IMG/VR virus record: IMGVR_UViG_3300042015_000154
Location: 40 to 64,039 of that record
Strand: one strand, 5' to 3'
DNA from: a virus
Lineage: Duplodnaviria > Caudoviricetes
DNA length: 64,000 bases
Below, piece by piece: positions 29,121-38,713 of the stretch; position 1 is the stretch's first letter; each line of letters opens with the position of its first letter. Position numbers and translations under genes: made by a program. Below the pieces are notes generated by a model that worked only from the letters and a program-made list of their open reading frames with translations, ran no database searches and had not been told where the DNA came from.

Positions 29121-30961
29121 GGGATCTGCTCCAGCGCCTTCACCGTGTCAGCGACGACGAGCGAGAACAGCGGCGACACGCCCTGCACTTCGAGTTCCCA
29201 CATCGTCGCCTTGTAGCCGCTGGGCAGGCGCACCGGGTTCTCGTCCATGACTTCGCTGAAGAATCGCAGGATGCCGTCGCCGTAGAGCTTCACAGCGATG
29301 CCCACACCGGTGACCTCGCCCTCCGTCGGCGAGATTCCAAGGATCTGCCAGTCCGGCGGACCATTGAGCGAACCGCCGTAGTACGGCACGCCGTCGACGG
29401 GCGCGAGCGTGGTGCGTCGGCCGCCACCGATCGCCAGCGAGTTGATCGAGTAACCGGTCAGCTGCTGGGCGGGAGGCAGTGGGATGCCGCCGCTGTTACC
29501 GATGAAAGATCCGCGCACCTGCATCGCACCGAAGTTCACGGGCTTGTTCTGCAGGAACTGCTTGGAGCGCCACGTGTACACCTCCTGCTGCGTGGTGTCG
29601 CCGTCCCACTCACAGATCCGATCGGGGCCGCCTTCCGGGTCAATGACGGTCACCAGCGTCTGGCCGGTGAGCGCGTCGGTGTCCACCGACAGCACGCCCT
29701 CCTGCTGCAGCTGCGTCCAGCCAGTCACCGGGTCGTCGAAACCGACCGTGTAGCCCAGCTCGTCGGTGTAGAACGACAGGTAGCGATCTTGGTAGATCGA
29801 CGCGAGCGTGCTGCGCGGCGTGAACTGCGCAAGCCACTCGTCCTTCGTCACCCAGTTGCGCGACACGATCTGGCCGCTGTTCGCGTTGCCGTCGATCAGC
29901 ACCAGTCCGTCCGTGCTGGGGTACAGCACACCGGCCACTGTGTTGGCGATGCCGCGCTTGGCCAAACAGGGCTGAATCGACTCCATCTTCTGGAGCATCA
30001 GCGACTCGGGCGTCTGGCCAACGAGCAGGTACGGGCGCCCTTCTGTGAGCACCGCGATCGTGTTGCCGAAGGTGGCGAGCCCAACGATGTTGTCCTCCAC
30101 CGCCCACGCGTAATCGTCCGGCCACGCATGCGGGTAGTACGGCACGCACGCACGCACCGTGCGGCCGGTGAAGCCCACCATGAAGCCGCCGGCAACGCCG
30201 GTGAGGCCCAGCAGGTTGGCCGGCGGCAAGCCCCAGCCCAACGAATCGAGCGGCGGGTTGTCCGCGAGATCCACCGCCGTCACGTTGTCGACGTACGACG
30301 CCGGGCGCGACCCGATCGCCCACTCGTTGACCATGCGGTAGTCGACGCCCGTGGCAGATGTGATCGTGCGGTACAGGCGCAGCGTGGTGACGTTGCCGTA
30401 GCCGGCCGGGATCGTCAGCGCGTTGAGGCCGTTGATCGTCCACGTGCCGTCCGCATTACCAGCGGCGCTCACCACCGCGCCGGGTGCGCTCTCTTCGCCG
30501 AAGCTGGTGACCAGCGACACGGTGTACACGCGCGTTTCGGCGTTCGCGACGGAGCCGCCGGTGGGCACGACGGTGAAAGTGCCGACTGGCGACGGAACGC
30601 CCAGCTTGAACGGTGGGTTGCCGTCTTCGATGCGCTGCGTCGTGGTGACGTACGCGCCGGTGGGGTCGGTGTAGTACAGACGACCCAGCGTCTCGTTCAG
30701 CAGGGGCGCCTTCACCACGTCCGCGTCGGTGGCGAACGTCAGGTAGCGATCGAACGTGTTGTGGCGGTAGTGGAAGACCTTGCGGGTAGCGCCGGGGGCC
30801 TGCGCGGACTCGTCGAGTGCACGCAGGTGATTCCACGAACGCAGCTCGCCGCTGTATAGCTTTGCGTTGAGCGCGAACTGCGCAGCATTGTCCGGCAATC
30901 CACGGTCGGCTAGACGCGGGATGATGCCGCCGAATAGCGTGACGCGGATTGCTGCGGCCAT
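29117..30961 (-). CDS. Tail tubular / DNA stabilization protein (nozzle)
   Basis: FGGIIPRL start, PHAWP, YTWRSKQF; 614 aa in the podovirus nozzle position. Confidence 0.7.
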   Translation of the reverse strand: MAAAIRVTLFGGIIPRLADRGLPDNAAQFALNAKLYSGELRSWNHLRALDESAQAPGATRKVFHYRHNTFDRYLTFATDADVVKAPLLNETLGRLYYTDPTGAYVTTTQRIEDGNPPFKLGVPSPVGTFTVVPTGGSVANAETRVYTVSLVTSFGEESAPGAVVSAAGNADGTWTINGLNALTIPAGYGNVTTLRLYRTITSATGVDYRMVNEWAIGSRPASYVDNVTAVDLADNPPLDSLGWGLPPANLLGLTGVAGGFMVGFTGRTVRACVPYYPHAWPDDYAWAVEDNIVGLATFGNTIAVLTEGRPYLLVGQTPESLMLQKMESIQPCLAKRGIANTVAGVLYPSTDGLVLIDGNANSGQIVSRNWVTKDEWLAQFTPRSTLASIYQDRYLSFYTDELGYTVGFDDPVTGWTQLQQEGVLSVDTDALTGQTLVTVIDPEGGPDRICEWDGDTTQQEVYTWRSKQFLQNKPVNFGAMQVRGSFIGNSGGIPLPPAQQLTGYSINSLAIGGGRRTTLAPVDGVPYYGGSLNGPPDWQILGISPTEGEVTGVGIAVKLYGDGILRFFSEVMDENPVRLPSGYKATMWELEVQGVSPLFSLVVADTVKALEQIP

Positions 30962-30962
30962 A

Positions 30963-31160
30963 TCAGTCTCCGGGGGTGTTCGGGGTGTTCGGGGTGTTCG
31001 GGGTGTTGGCCTTGGCGGCCTCTTCCGCGGCCTTCGCCGCCAGTTCGAGTTGCTTGTTCAGCCAGTTGTTCACCTGCACAAAGGCAGGAACTTCGACGCC
31101 TTTGAGTTCCGTCCGCTTCAGGAATTCAGCGCAGGTGTGGATGCACTCTTGGTCGTTCAT
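30963..31160 (-). CDS. Small hypothetical protein with NTP tripeptide repeats
   Basis: 65-aa ORF filling the gap between tail genes. Confidence 0.55.
   Translation of the reverse strand: MNDQECIHTCAEFLKRTELKGVEVPAFVQVNNWLNKQLELAAKAAEEAAKANTPNTPNTPNTPGD
30972..31007. repeat. 9-bp tandem repeat (GGGGTGTTC), about 4 copies
   Basis: Directly visible; encodes NTPNTPNTPNTP. Confidence 0.9.
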
Positions 31161-31163
31161 AGA

Positions 31164-32399
31164 TCACCGCAGGTTGAGGGCCTTTTTGATCTTCTGGATC
31201 TCGATGTGGTTGGCCAGACCCACTTCGAGACCGATCTTCGCGTAGTCCACCGAGCGGTTGCCGGGAACACCGCCGACGAAGCGATCGAGCTTGCGGCGCA
31301 GAAGATCCTGCGCGACCAGACCGAAGCCTTCGCGGTCATCGGACTTGTTGAGCCAGTCCTTGAACAGCAGCTTCCCGGGCAGCTCGACGTCCACGTCGCG
31401 GCGCTTGATGTTGTACTTGAAACGCTTGTCCGAGTACGACTGCACGTCGACGAACTGGGCGAGGCCGCTGGCGTTGATCACGCCATGATTCGTGCCGTTG
31501 CCGACACCGTGCGGGCGCAGGTAGATGCCGCCGCCCGAACCGCCCAGCACGAGATCCGTGCCACCCGACTGCACCCGGCCGTCACCAACGGTAATGGCAG
31601 CGGAAGTAGTGAGGCTGCCAGATACGCTCGGGTTGCTGACGTTGAGCTTCGAGTTCGGGTCGAAGTTACCCGTCGTCCACAGGTTCTGCCCGTCCGCCGT
31701 AAAAGCGCCACCGTTCCAGCCGATGTTGTGGTTGCCGGTGCCGAACGCGAGGAAGCCCACCGCCGCATTCGCGACACCTTGCAGACGCATCATGTTGGCG
31801 ACGTTGCAGTCGATCAGCACCGCATCGTTGCCGACCTTCAGCGAGGCCGAGCCCGTACCCGCCACCTCGACCACGAGGTTGCCGGTGATCGACAAGTCGC
31901 CGGTGATCGTACCGCCGGTCTTGTCGAGCTTCAGCGCCAGCTCGACGTCGGTGGCGACCGCGGGAGGGATCACCGCCATATCGAGCACGCCACCGGTGAG
32001 GGTTGGCACATTCGTCGGCAGCTGGGCCGCTGTCAGCTTCGCCGTGCCGTCGAGCGTGGCCACACCGTTGGCCAAACCGGCCATCGTGTGCCAGTCGATG
32101 TCGCGCAGCAGCTGCGCGGTAGCACGCAGCTCGACCACCGAACCTGTGGTCATCGCGACTGCACTGGTGCCGTCCTGCCCGCGCGTAACGGTCAGGGTGT
32201 CCGCCGACTTCGCGGTCACCTTCACGATCTCGACGGTGCCGAGCGTGTTGTGCACGATGGTGGCGTAGTACCAGTTGCCCGCCGTGACGGCGGGGAAGCT
32301 CGAACCCTGCCCAGCACCGAGCAGGATCGCAGTGTCGGCCGGGCCGATGTTCGCCGCGAGCAGGCCGGCAACGTTGTTGGCGAAGATGGGCTGCGGCAT
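31164..32399 (-). CDS. Tail fibre protein with C-terminal S74-type intramolecular chaperone
   Basis: EIVKVT...LTVTRGQDGT anchor domain, LDKTGGTITGDL, SDKRFKYNIK...GLVAQD...VDY; GGAG RBS before MPQPIF. Confidence 0.85.
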   Translation of the reverse strand: MPQPIFANNVAGLLAANIGPADTAILLGAGQGSSFPAVTAGNWYYATIVHNTLGTVEIVKVTAKSADTLTVTRGQDGTSAVAMTTGSVVELRATAQLLRDIDWHTMAGLANGVATLDGTAKLTAAQLPTNVPTLTGGVLDMAVIPPAVATDVELALKLDKTGGTITGDLSITGNLVVEVAGTGSASLKVGNDAVLIDCNVANMMRLQGVANAAVGFLAFGTGNHNIGWNGGAFTADGQNLWTTGNFDPNSKLNVSNPSVSGSLTTSAAITVGDGRVQSGGTDLVLGGSGGGIYLRPHGVGNGTNHGVINASGLAQFVDVQSYSDKRFKYNIKRRDVDVELPGKLLFKDWLNKSDDREGFGLVAQDLLRRKLDRFVGGVPGNRSVDYAKIGLEVGLANHIEIQKIKKALNLR

Positions 32400-32400
32400 G

Positions 32401-33036
32401 TCAGGCTCCGAATCCCGCGACACCGCGGAACGTGCTTTGGTTTGGCTGGCCACCGTCGCGGAGGTTGCCGCGGATGGTACGGATGGCGCCGTTGAATGTG
32501 CGGCCGGCTTCCTTCGCCGCTTGGCCCGCCGTCCACGGCTTGCCCGGCATCGCGTACATGATCGCCATGACGCCGGCAGCGATCGCTTCGGCGTGGTGCG
32601 CTAGCAGTTCTTCGGGGAACGTGGTCGCGTCCTGCTTGAGCGTGGTCGCTGCGCGCACGCTGATCGTGTAGATCGCGTCGGGCGTCGGCGACAGGGTGAT
32701 GATGTCCGGCAACGACGTCCACCAGCTGTCGGGCTTCGCCGGCGAACGCAGGTAGCGTGCGGACTCGGGACGGGCGCGAAGCTCGCGCTCGATGCCGCTG
32801 CCGGGCTCGTCGTAGAACACCTCCAGCACGCTCGACACCTGACCGAAGCCCGGGATCAGCTGGTAGGTGGACATGCCCGCAGTGGTGTCGAAGGCGAACG
32901 TCTCGCGCACGAGTGTGGTGCGCTTCATGAACTCGCGCAGCACCTTGCGGATCTGCTCGTTGATGAAAGCCGGCTCCGCGCCGGGGAGGTATGGGCGGAC
33001 TTGATCGTAGAGGGTGCTGAAGGGCACGTTGGCCAT
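32401..33036 (-). CDS. Head-tail adaptor / tail tubular protein A-like
   Basis: Position after the capsid; V.PYLPGA, LSPTPD, MPGKPWT patterns. Confidence 0.7.
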   Translation of the reverse strand: MANVPFSTLYDQVRPYLPGAEPAFINEQIRKVLREFMKRTTLVRETFAFDTTAGMSTYQLIPGFGQVSSVLEVFYDEPGSGIERELRARPESARYLRSPAKPDSWWTSLPDIITLSPTPDAIYTISVRAATTLKQDATTFPEELLAHHAEAIAAGVMAIMYAMPGKPWTAGQAAKEAGRTFNGAIRTIRGNLRDGGQPNQSTFRGVAGFGA

Positions 33037-33039
33037 GAC

Positions 33040-33378
33040 TCAAACCCCCTTGATCAGCTTGCTGTTGAGTGCCTGCTGCAGAACCATCGCGCGACCGTCG
33101 ACGGCGAACTCATCATCGCGCATCTCGGCGCTGCCCGTCACGAAGTCGACGACGGCGCGGAAGAACTGGTCGGGGAGGGGGAACGGATCGGTGAGCTGCA
33201 GCTCATCCGGCACCGTTGCGGTGAAGTCGGTCACGAACAGATCAGGACGCACCGAGCGCGCCTGATGCAGCGCATCAAGCACGTAGGCCTGCATGTCGCC
33301 GTCGGGGTAGCGCGTGCCCGCGTTGTCGTTCAGCGGGATGCGTGCGCGCACGATTACGTCCTGAACTGTCCGTGCCAT
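33040..33378 (-). CDS. Head-tail adaptor-like protein
   Basis: LND..GTRY.D...RPDLF pattern; position. Confidence 0.65.
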   Translation of the reverse strand: MARTVQDVIVRARIPLNDNAGTRYPDGDMQAYVLDALHQARSVRPDLFVTDFTATVPDELQLTDPFPLPDQFFRAVVDFVTGSAEMRDDEFAVDGRAMVLQQALNSKLIKGV

Positions 33379-33388
33379 GTCAGCTTAC

Positions 33389-33754
33389 TCAGGCGATGGG
33401 CGGGAGAACCGGGGCCGGCATGACGGGCGCCGGGGATACCGGCTGCGGCGCGACCGGGGCGGCAACGACGGGAGCTTCTGCGACCACAGTGGGCTGCGGC
33501 ACGACGGTGACCGGCTCGTCCTCTTCGGCGAGCTGGATGGTGCTGGGCTGCACGGCGGCCTGTACCGGGGCCGACAGCGAGATGGCCTGCACCGGGACGT
33601 CGACGTCGCCGCGCAGGTACTTCTCGATCTCGTTCTGGTTGGCCGGGCGCCACTCGGTCAGGTGTTCGTCTTCGTAGCCTTCGGCCGCGCCGGACTGCGC
33701 CGGGTAAATGCCGTTGTTGAACAGGCTGACGTAGTGGGTGAACTTGGCAGGCAT
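33389..33754 (-). CDS. Hypothetical protein with Pro/Val-rich tail
   Basis: AGGAGA RBS. Confidence 0.65.
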   Translation of the reverse strand: MPAKFTHYVSLFNNGIYPAQSGAAEGYEDEHLTEWRPANQNEIEKYLRGDVDVPVQAISLSAPVQAAVQPSTIQLAEEDEPVTVVPQPTVVAEAPVVAAPVAPQPVSPAPVMPAPVLPPIA

Positions 33755-33767
33755 GGGTGGTCTCCTA

Positions 33768-33802
33768 AGAAAAACCCCGCCGGGGGAGTCCGGCGGGGCT
33801 TA
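33768..33802 (-). terminator. Terminator after the major capsid gene
   Basis: CCCCGCCGG/CCGGCGGGG stem followed by TTTTTCTT on the - strand. Confidence 0.8.
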
Positions 33803-33823
33803 ACTTATCACGGCTGCAGGCGA

Positions 33824-34750
33824 TCAGCCCTTGACCACGACGCCCTCGACCAGCAGCGTCGGCTGGATCACCGCACGGCCGTAGACGAGCAGGCCGCGCA
33901 TCAGGGTGCCGAAGGTCGACTCGGCGCGCAGGCTTTCGGTCTTGGTCAGCTGCGTGGCGAAGGTCAGGGCCTTCGGGTGCAGCGCGAACACGTAGTGGTT
34001 CGCACCCGTCTTGGGCAGCAGGTTGGACAGGTAGACCTCGAAGCGGTCGATCATGCCGAGGCGGCCGTTGCGGGCGATCGACACCGAGTCGCCAGTCAGG
34101 GACGCATCCTTCAGATCGGACTTCTTGATCATGCCCGCGAACCATGCCGGGATGACCAGCTTGCGGCCGGTTTCCGGAACGTTCGCCTCGTCCATCACCG
34201 TGCCCAGATCGACGATGTAGTCGATGACGTTGGTCTTGGTGATTGCGACCGGAGTGGCCGCGATGCCCAGGTTGATGTTCGCCGAGATGCGACCCGCGGT
34301 GGCGCCGCGGTTGGCCGCGTCCGCCTTGCCGACGAGGTACGCCAGTACGTCGGTGTCGACCACGATCTTCAGCTGTTCGGAGGCGTTCTCGGCCCACTTC
34401 GGAACCATGTTGATCATGGCCTGTGCATCGGCCACGTCATCCATGATGAAGTTCCAATACTTGCCCTGATCGATCAGCAGGCTCACCGTGTCGGCGGCCG
34501 GACGCTGGACGTTCAGGTTGTCGCCCATGCGGTAGTTGCTGATCGTGATATCCGGGATCTTGTTGATGATCACGGTATCGCCGAAGTTCTTGATCTCGCC
34601 TTCGTAGTCGGTGGTCGAGATCTGCGTGAGCACTGTTGCGTCATAGAAACGCTCCAGCGTCTTGCGCGACCACAGCTGCGGAATCAGCTTGCCCGAGTAA
34701 TCCGGGTGCGCCGGCGGGGTGGGACCGGGAGTTAGCGGGAAAACTGCCAT
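33824..34750 (-). CDS. Major capsid protein
   Basis: IPQLWS, TDYEGEIKNFGDTV.I, LLIDQGKY, RGLLVYG; follows the scaffold gene and precedes a terminator. Confidence 0.9.
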   Translation of the reverse strand: MAVFPLTPGPTPPAHPDYSGKLIPQLWSRKTLERFYDATVLTQISTTDYEGEIKNFGDTVIINKIPDITISNYRMGDNLNVQRPAADTVSLLIDQGKYWNFIMDDVADAQAMINMVPKWAENASEQLKIVVDTDVLAYLVGKADAANRGATAGRISANINLGIAATPVAITKTNVIDYIVDLGTVMDEANVPETGRKLVIPAWFAGMIKKSDLKDASLTGDSVSIARNGRLGMIDRFEVYLSNLLPKTGANHYVFALHPKALTFATQLTKTESLRAESTFGTLMRGLLVYGRAVIQPTLLVEGVVVKG

Positions 34751-34781
34751 TTTGGCGTTCCTCTACGTCGGGGTTGGTGGG

Positions 34782-35798
34782 TCACTGGTCAACGATCACG
34801 CGACCACCAGCCAGCGCTGAGAGGTAGCGTTGTTCGAGGTTGTTGAAGTCCGCGTCCGAGATGGTCCCCTTCCGCTTGCGCTCGTACAGTTCGTTGACCT
34901 GACTCATCGTCCACTGTTCACCAGTGGGCTGCTGGGTCGGGGCCGCGGCGGCGGGGGAGGTTGCGGGGGCGGCCAGACTGGTCGGATCGACCATCGGCTG
35001 CGGAGCTGTGGGCTGTGCGGACGGTGCCGGCGAGGCCGGGGAATCCTTTACAGCGGTCGGGTCAAAAACCCGGAACAGCGCAACTACGCGACCAGCATCG
35101 AGGCTCTTGTGGGCGTCGGACAACAGGTCGCCGTACTTTCGGCCGGACAATACATCCCTCGTGTCAAGCCAGTCAAGGAACTTCGCGTTGTTCTGCAGCA
35201 CCTCCCACGTCGGCACCTTTTCGTCGAGCACCGCCTCGTACCGCAGGGTGCGCTGCTGGAGCGTTTCCTGCTGCACGGAGGTGGCCAGCGTAGTGGCGCG
35301 GCCAACGCTGCCTTCGAGGCCGGCAAGGCGGTTGCTGATCTCGGTGAGCTGGCGGCCAAAATCACCCGTGTGCTGCCGGATCATGCGCTCTACGAAGTCG
35401 ACGGTCTCGGCGCCGAACTCGCTACGGTCCTGTTCCGTGATCAGGTTCACAGGTGCGGGCGCCGGCGCGGGCGGAGCGGCGACCTGCTCGCGCAAGCGGC
35501 GGATCTCTTCCTCCAGCACGCGGTTGCGCTCGCGCTCGGCCTCTGTGCGGCCGCGCATCGATGCCAGTTCGTGCGACAGCTGCGACAGCTGCTGGGTCAC
35601 ATCGACGGGGACTGCGCCCGGGGCCTGCGGCGGCGGGGTCGGATCCTGCGGCGGAGCAGCGGCGGCTGGCGGGGCGGTCGGATCCGGGATGGTGATGGTC
35701 GCGGGTTCCGGGGCGGTCTGGAGCTGCTTAGCCAGTTCTGCCAGCTGTGCATCTGCCTGAGCACCATCAGCCACGACACGGTGGGGGATGTTGTTCAT
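34782..35798 (-). CDS. Capsid scaffolding protein
   Basis: Pro-rich plus coiled coil, FLDWL, C-terminal ALAGGRV; lies between portal and capsid. Confidence 0.75.
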   Translation of the reverse strand: MNNIPHRVVADGAQADAQLAELAKQLQTAPEPATITIPDPTAPPAAAAPPQDPTPPPQAPGAVPVDVTQQLSQLSHELASMRGRTEAERERNRVLEEEIRRLREQVAAPPAPAPAPVNLITEQDRSEFGAETVDFVERMIRQHTGDFGRQLTEISNRLAGLEGSVGRATTLATSVQQETLQQRTLRYEAVLDEKVPTWEVLQNNAKFLDWLDTRDVLSGRKYGDLLSDAHKSLDAGRVVALFRVFDPTAVKDSPASPAPSAQPTAPQPMVDPTSLAAPATSPAAAAPTQQPTGEQWTMSQVNELYERKRKGTISDADFNNLEQRYLSALAGGRVIVDQ

Positions 35799-36010
35799 TT
35801 GAGATCCTTGAGTTCTTGGAGGTTTTCCTGCAGCTGCTTGGCCCGACCTTGGATCTCGGGGAGGGCGGCCACAGGTGTGGTTACCAGCAGAGTCTTCATG
35901 TACTCCAGCAAGGCGTGCTGATGCGCCATGTAGGTCTGGAAGTCGGGGTTGCTCATCAGGCGTTTCATCGCCTGTTCGGTGCGCGGTTCAGGACGCGGCT
36001 TGGTCATCAT
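35795..36010 (-). CDS. Small conserved protein between portal and scaffold
   Basis: IQGRA..L..L motif; overlapping stop/start codons. Confidence 0.65.
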   Translation of the reverse strand: MMTKPRPEPRTEQAMKRLMSNPDFQTYMAHQHALLEYMKTLLVTTPVAALPEIQGRAKQLQENLQELKDLK

Positions 36011-38112
36011 CCACCTGCAGGTGCGGGTGCCGACTGCGGGTTACGCGCAGTGCCGGCGGTCTGGTTGGGTGGCTGCCCGCCACCCGGGGGAGGTGCGTTG
36101 GCGCCGGGGCCGCCGCCATTGGCGCCCAGTGCCTGCTGGAGCATCATCTGCGAGATCTGCTCGGCCTGCTGCGAGGTGAGGGCGAGCGAGTCGGCGGTGG
36201 GCATGCCCAGATCGCGCGCGACTTCCTTGAGGATGTTGAAGCGGCCTTCCACGCCGACCAACTGCTGGTCGATCGGGTTGTTGGTGATCTGCAGGAATTC
36301 GAGGCGGCGCATGCGCAGCGTCTCGCGCTGCATCAGTTCGACCGCGCCACGCGCGACCACCGAGATGTCGCCTTCCATCACCACGTCCGGACGGGTGAGC
36401 GCGAGGAACACGTTCAAGTCCTCCACCACCGCCTCGATCACGTTGTTGTCGATCGAGCTGACGGTCTGCTTGATGGTGCGGTTGCTCGCCTCCATCAGCA
36501 TCGACAGGCCCGCGGCTGTGCGCCCGGCACCGCCCACGCCCTGTCCTTGACCCTGCATGTAGCGCGGGATCGTCGACAGCTCGTCGGCCATGCTGAGCAT
36601 CTGTTGGTAGACCATCATCAGCTGCTGGACGTTGTTGTCCGGCTGGAAGAAGTCCATCGGCTTCTCACTGGTCGACGCCGACGACATCGGGTCGGTGAAG
36701 CGCCAGATCTTCCACGGCCACAGCTTGTCGGAGGTGTTGTCGTTCTCCGCGATGCGATCCTCGTTGATCCAGCCCATCGGGCCGGACGCGATGGACAGGT
36801 TGTTCACCAGCGCACGCAGGGCGGCGTTGCCCACGCCCTGCACGTCTTCGATCAGGTCCGGGATCGCGTTGCCGTAGCAGCTGCCCGGCACGCGCTCGAA
36901 GCTGTCGACGTAGAACGGCAGGCGGCCGGTCGGGTGCGGGTTGAGCGTGACGCCGATCACTTCGCCGCCGAGCAGGTACACGAAGACGTTGATGTCCTTC
37001 GTCGGATCCGGCACGCGGGCCTTGTCGACACCCCAGTCGATCAGCATCTGGCCGTTGACGCTTCCGTAGAACGACAGCATCGGCATCGGGCGCTCGTTGG
37101 CGTCGGCCGAGTAGATGGTGCCCAACTGCGAGTCGCGCTGCTCCAGCGTGGCGCGCTCGCTTTCGTTGTAGTCGTACCACTCGCAGGACTTGCTGCCCCA
37201 GTTGTTGAGTACGCGATCGATCGCTTCGTTGTTGTAGTTGGGCAGTCCTTTCATGGACTGGATGTTCGCGCGCGACACGCGCTCGCGATGGATGATGTAG
37301 CCGTCCTGCGGGTTCTGGGCCCACGGGGCGAAGTACACGTCGAACGGCGAGCAGCGGAACCACAGCGGCACGGGGCGGTAGGTTGTCGTCGGCTTGCCAT
37401 TGTCATCCCACGTGAGCACGTTCTTCATGCGCACGACGGGGCCCTTGATCACCGCGAACGGGAACGTCGCGATGTCCCCGAGGAAGTCGCTCAGCGCCTC
37501 GTAGAAGCCGCCTTCCCACAGCACGTCGTCGATCACGGCGGTGCGGGTCTGCAGGGCCTCGTCGGCCACCTTCCGGCGCTGCTGCAGGATCTCGTCCTTC
37601 AGGGTGGCGGCGCGCGCCTTCAGGATCTGCAGCTGGGGCGGCTGGCCTGTGGCCACCATCAGCTCCGACACCTCTGCGGTGAGGACGGCCTTGACCGCCT
37701 CTTCGAGCGAGGGGCCGGCGAGCTGGGGGTCAGGCGTGGGGGACAAAGCCCACGGGCGTTCGACGGAGTTGTACACCTCGCGCAGCAGGGCGGCGCAGCC
37801 GCGCACCTTGCTGGCGGTGATGCGGGCGTAGATCTCGCTGCCGCCGAAGGCCTTGATCGCCGTCAGGGTCTCGGTGTCGTATTCGCCGCGCAGCGATCGC
37901 AGCGCTGACATCATGCGCTCGTCGACGTTCTGGTTCTGGCGGTTGTCTGCTGCGCTGCGGTAGCAGGTCTGGATGTACCCGGACAGGCCGGTCAGCAGCT
38001 GTTCGCTACCCACACCTGTGCCGGGAATTGACGGCTGGGGAAGGGAGCTGTCCGGCGGCAACACGGGTGCCGGGGCGCTGAAGTCGGCACGGATGAGGGG
38101 AGATGCGGCCAC
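36007..38112 (-). CDS. Portal protein
   Basis: About 700 aa; VIKGP, SPFDVY, PGSCYGNAIPDLIEDVQ, RTAAGLSMLM; start placed at GTG 38112 after a GGAGA RBS. Confidence 0.88.
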   Translation of the reverse strand: MAASPLIRADFSAPAPVLPPDSSLPQPSIPGTGVGSEQLLTGLSGYIQTCYRSAADNRQNQNVDERMMSALRSLRGEYDTETLTAIKAFGGSEIYARITASKVRGCAALLREVYNSVERPWALSPTPDPQLAGPSLEEAVKAVLTAEVSELMVATGQPPQLQILKARAATLKDEILQQRRKVADEALQTRTAVIDDVLWEGGFYEALSDFLGDIATFPFAVIKGPVVRMKNVLTWDDNGKPTTTYRPVPLWFRCSPFDVYFAPWAQNPQDGYIIHRERVSRANIQSMKGLPNYNNEAIDRVLNNWGSKSCEWYDYNESERATLEQRDSQLGTIYSADANERPMPMLSFYGSVNGQMLIDWGVDKARVPDPTKDINVFVYLLGGEVIGVTLNPHPTGRLPFYVDSFERVPGSCYGNAIPDLIEDVQGVGNAALRALVNNLSIASGPMGWINEDRIAENDNTSDKLWPWKIWRFTDPMSSASTSEKPMDFFQPDNNVQQLMMVYQQMLSMADELSTIPRYMQGQGQGVGGAGRTAAGLSMLMEASNRTIKQTVSSIDNNVIEAVVEDLNVFLALTRPDVVMEGDISVVARGAVELMQRETLRMRRLEFLQITNNPIDQQLVGVEGRFNILKEVARDLGMPTADSLALTSQQAEQISQMMLQQALGANGGGPGANAPPPGGGQPPNQTAGTARNPQSAPAPAGG

Positions 38113-38170
38113 GGGTGTCTCCGGGTGTTCGTTGCGGTAGGCTACCACCAACCCTGACTTGGGCAACTGC

Positions 38171-38713
38171 ATGACCACCAAAGTGCTCGCGCCATCGGAT
38201 GTCGGGATCTCCCTCGACTTCATGCGGCGTGGTATCGCGGAGCTGGCGCGCGACATCGTATGCGCTGTGGACTCCCCCGACAACTTGGCCGCCTCCTTCG
38301 GCCTCACCCGGATCCAGTGGCAGACCCTGCAGGAGTGGCCGGGCTGGGTCCAGCTTCTAGCCGAGATCCGCGAAGAGCTGGGGGGCACAGCCGGTACGGC
38401 TGAACGCGCCCGCCGCCGGGCCTCGATCGCGATGTCCGAGTTCATCATCCAAGACATGGCCACGATCGCCGGCAGCCCAAACGCCTCGAACCGGGATCGC
38501 ATCGCGGCCGCCGAGATCGTGAAGGACGTGTCCGGACTGAGCGCCAAGCAGCAGGCGATCGCCGCCGCCCAGACGGGCTCGCCAGTCGGTTATGGCGGCC
38601 CGCTGATCCAGATCATCGTGGAGGGCAAGCCGACCATCAACGTCGGGGAAGCTCCCGCGCTACCGCCGCCGGCGCCGATCCTTGAAGGCACCGTCGTGCG
38701 CAAGGGGGACTGA
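38171..38713 (+). CDS. terS: Terminase small subunit (putative)
   Basis: Helical protein with HTH-like segment, TGATG-coupled to the large subunit. Confidence 0.65.
   Translation: MTTKVLAPSDVGISLDFMRRGIAELARDIVCAVDSPDNLAASFGLTRIQWQTLQEWPGWVQLLAEIREELGGTAGTAERARRRASIAMSEFIIQDMATIAGSPNASNRDRIAAAEIVKDVSGLSAKQQAIAAAQTGSPVGYGGPLIQIIVEGKPTINVGEAPALPPPAPILEGTVVRKGD

Noticed and set aside
38113-38547. N-terminal extension of the portal to 846 aa
   Set aside because: It overlaps terS on the opposite strand; GTG 38112 has a good GGAGA RBS
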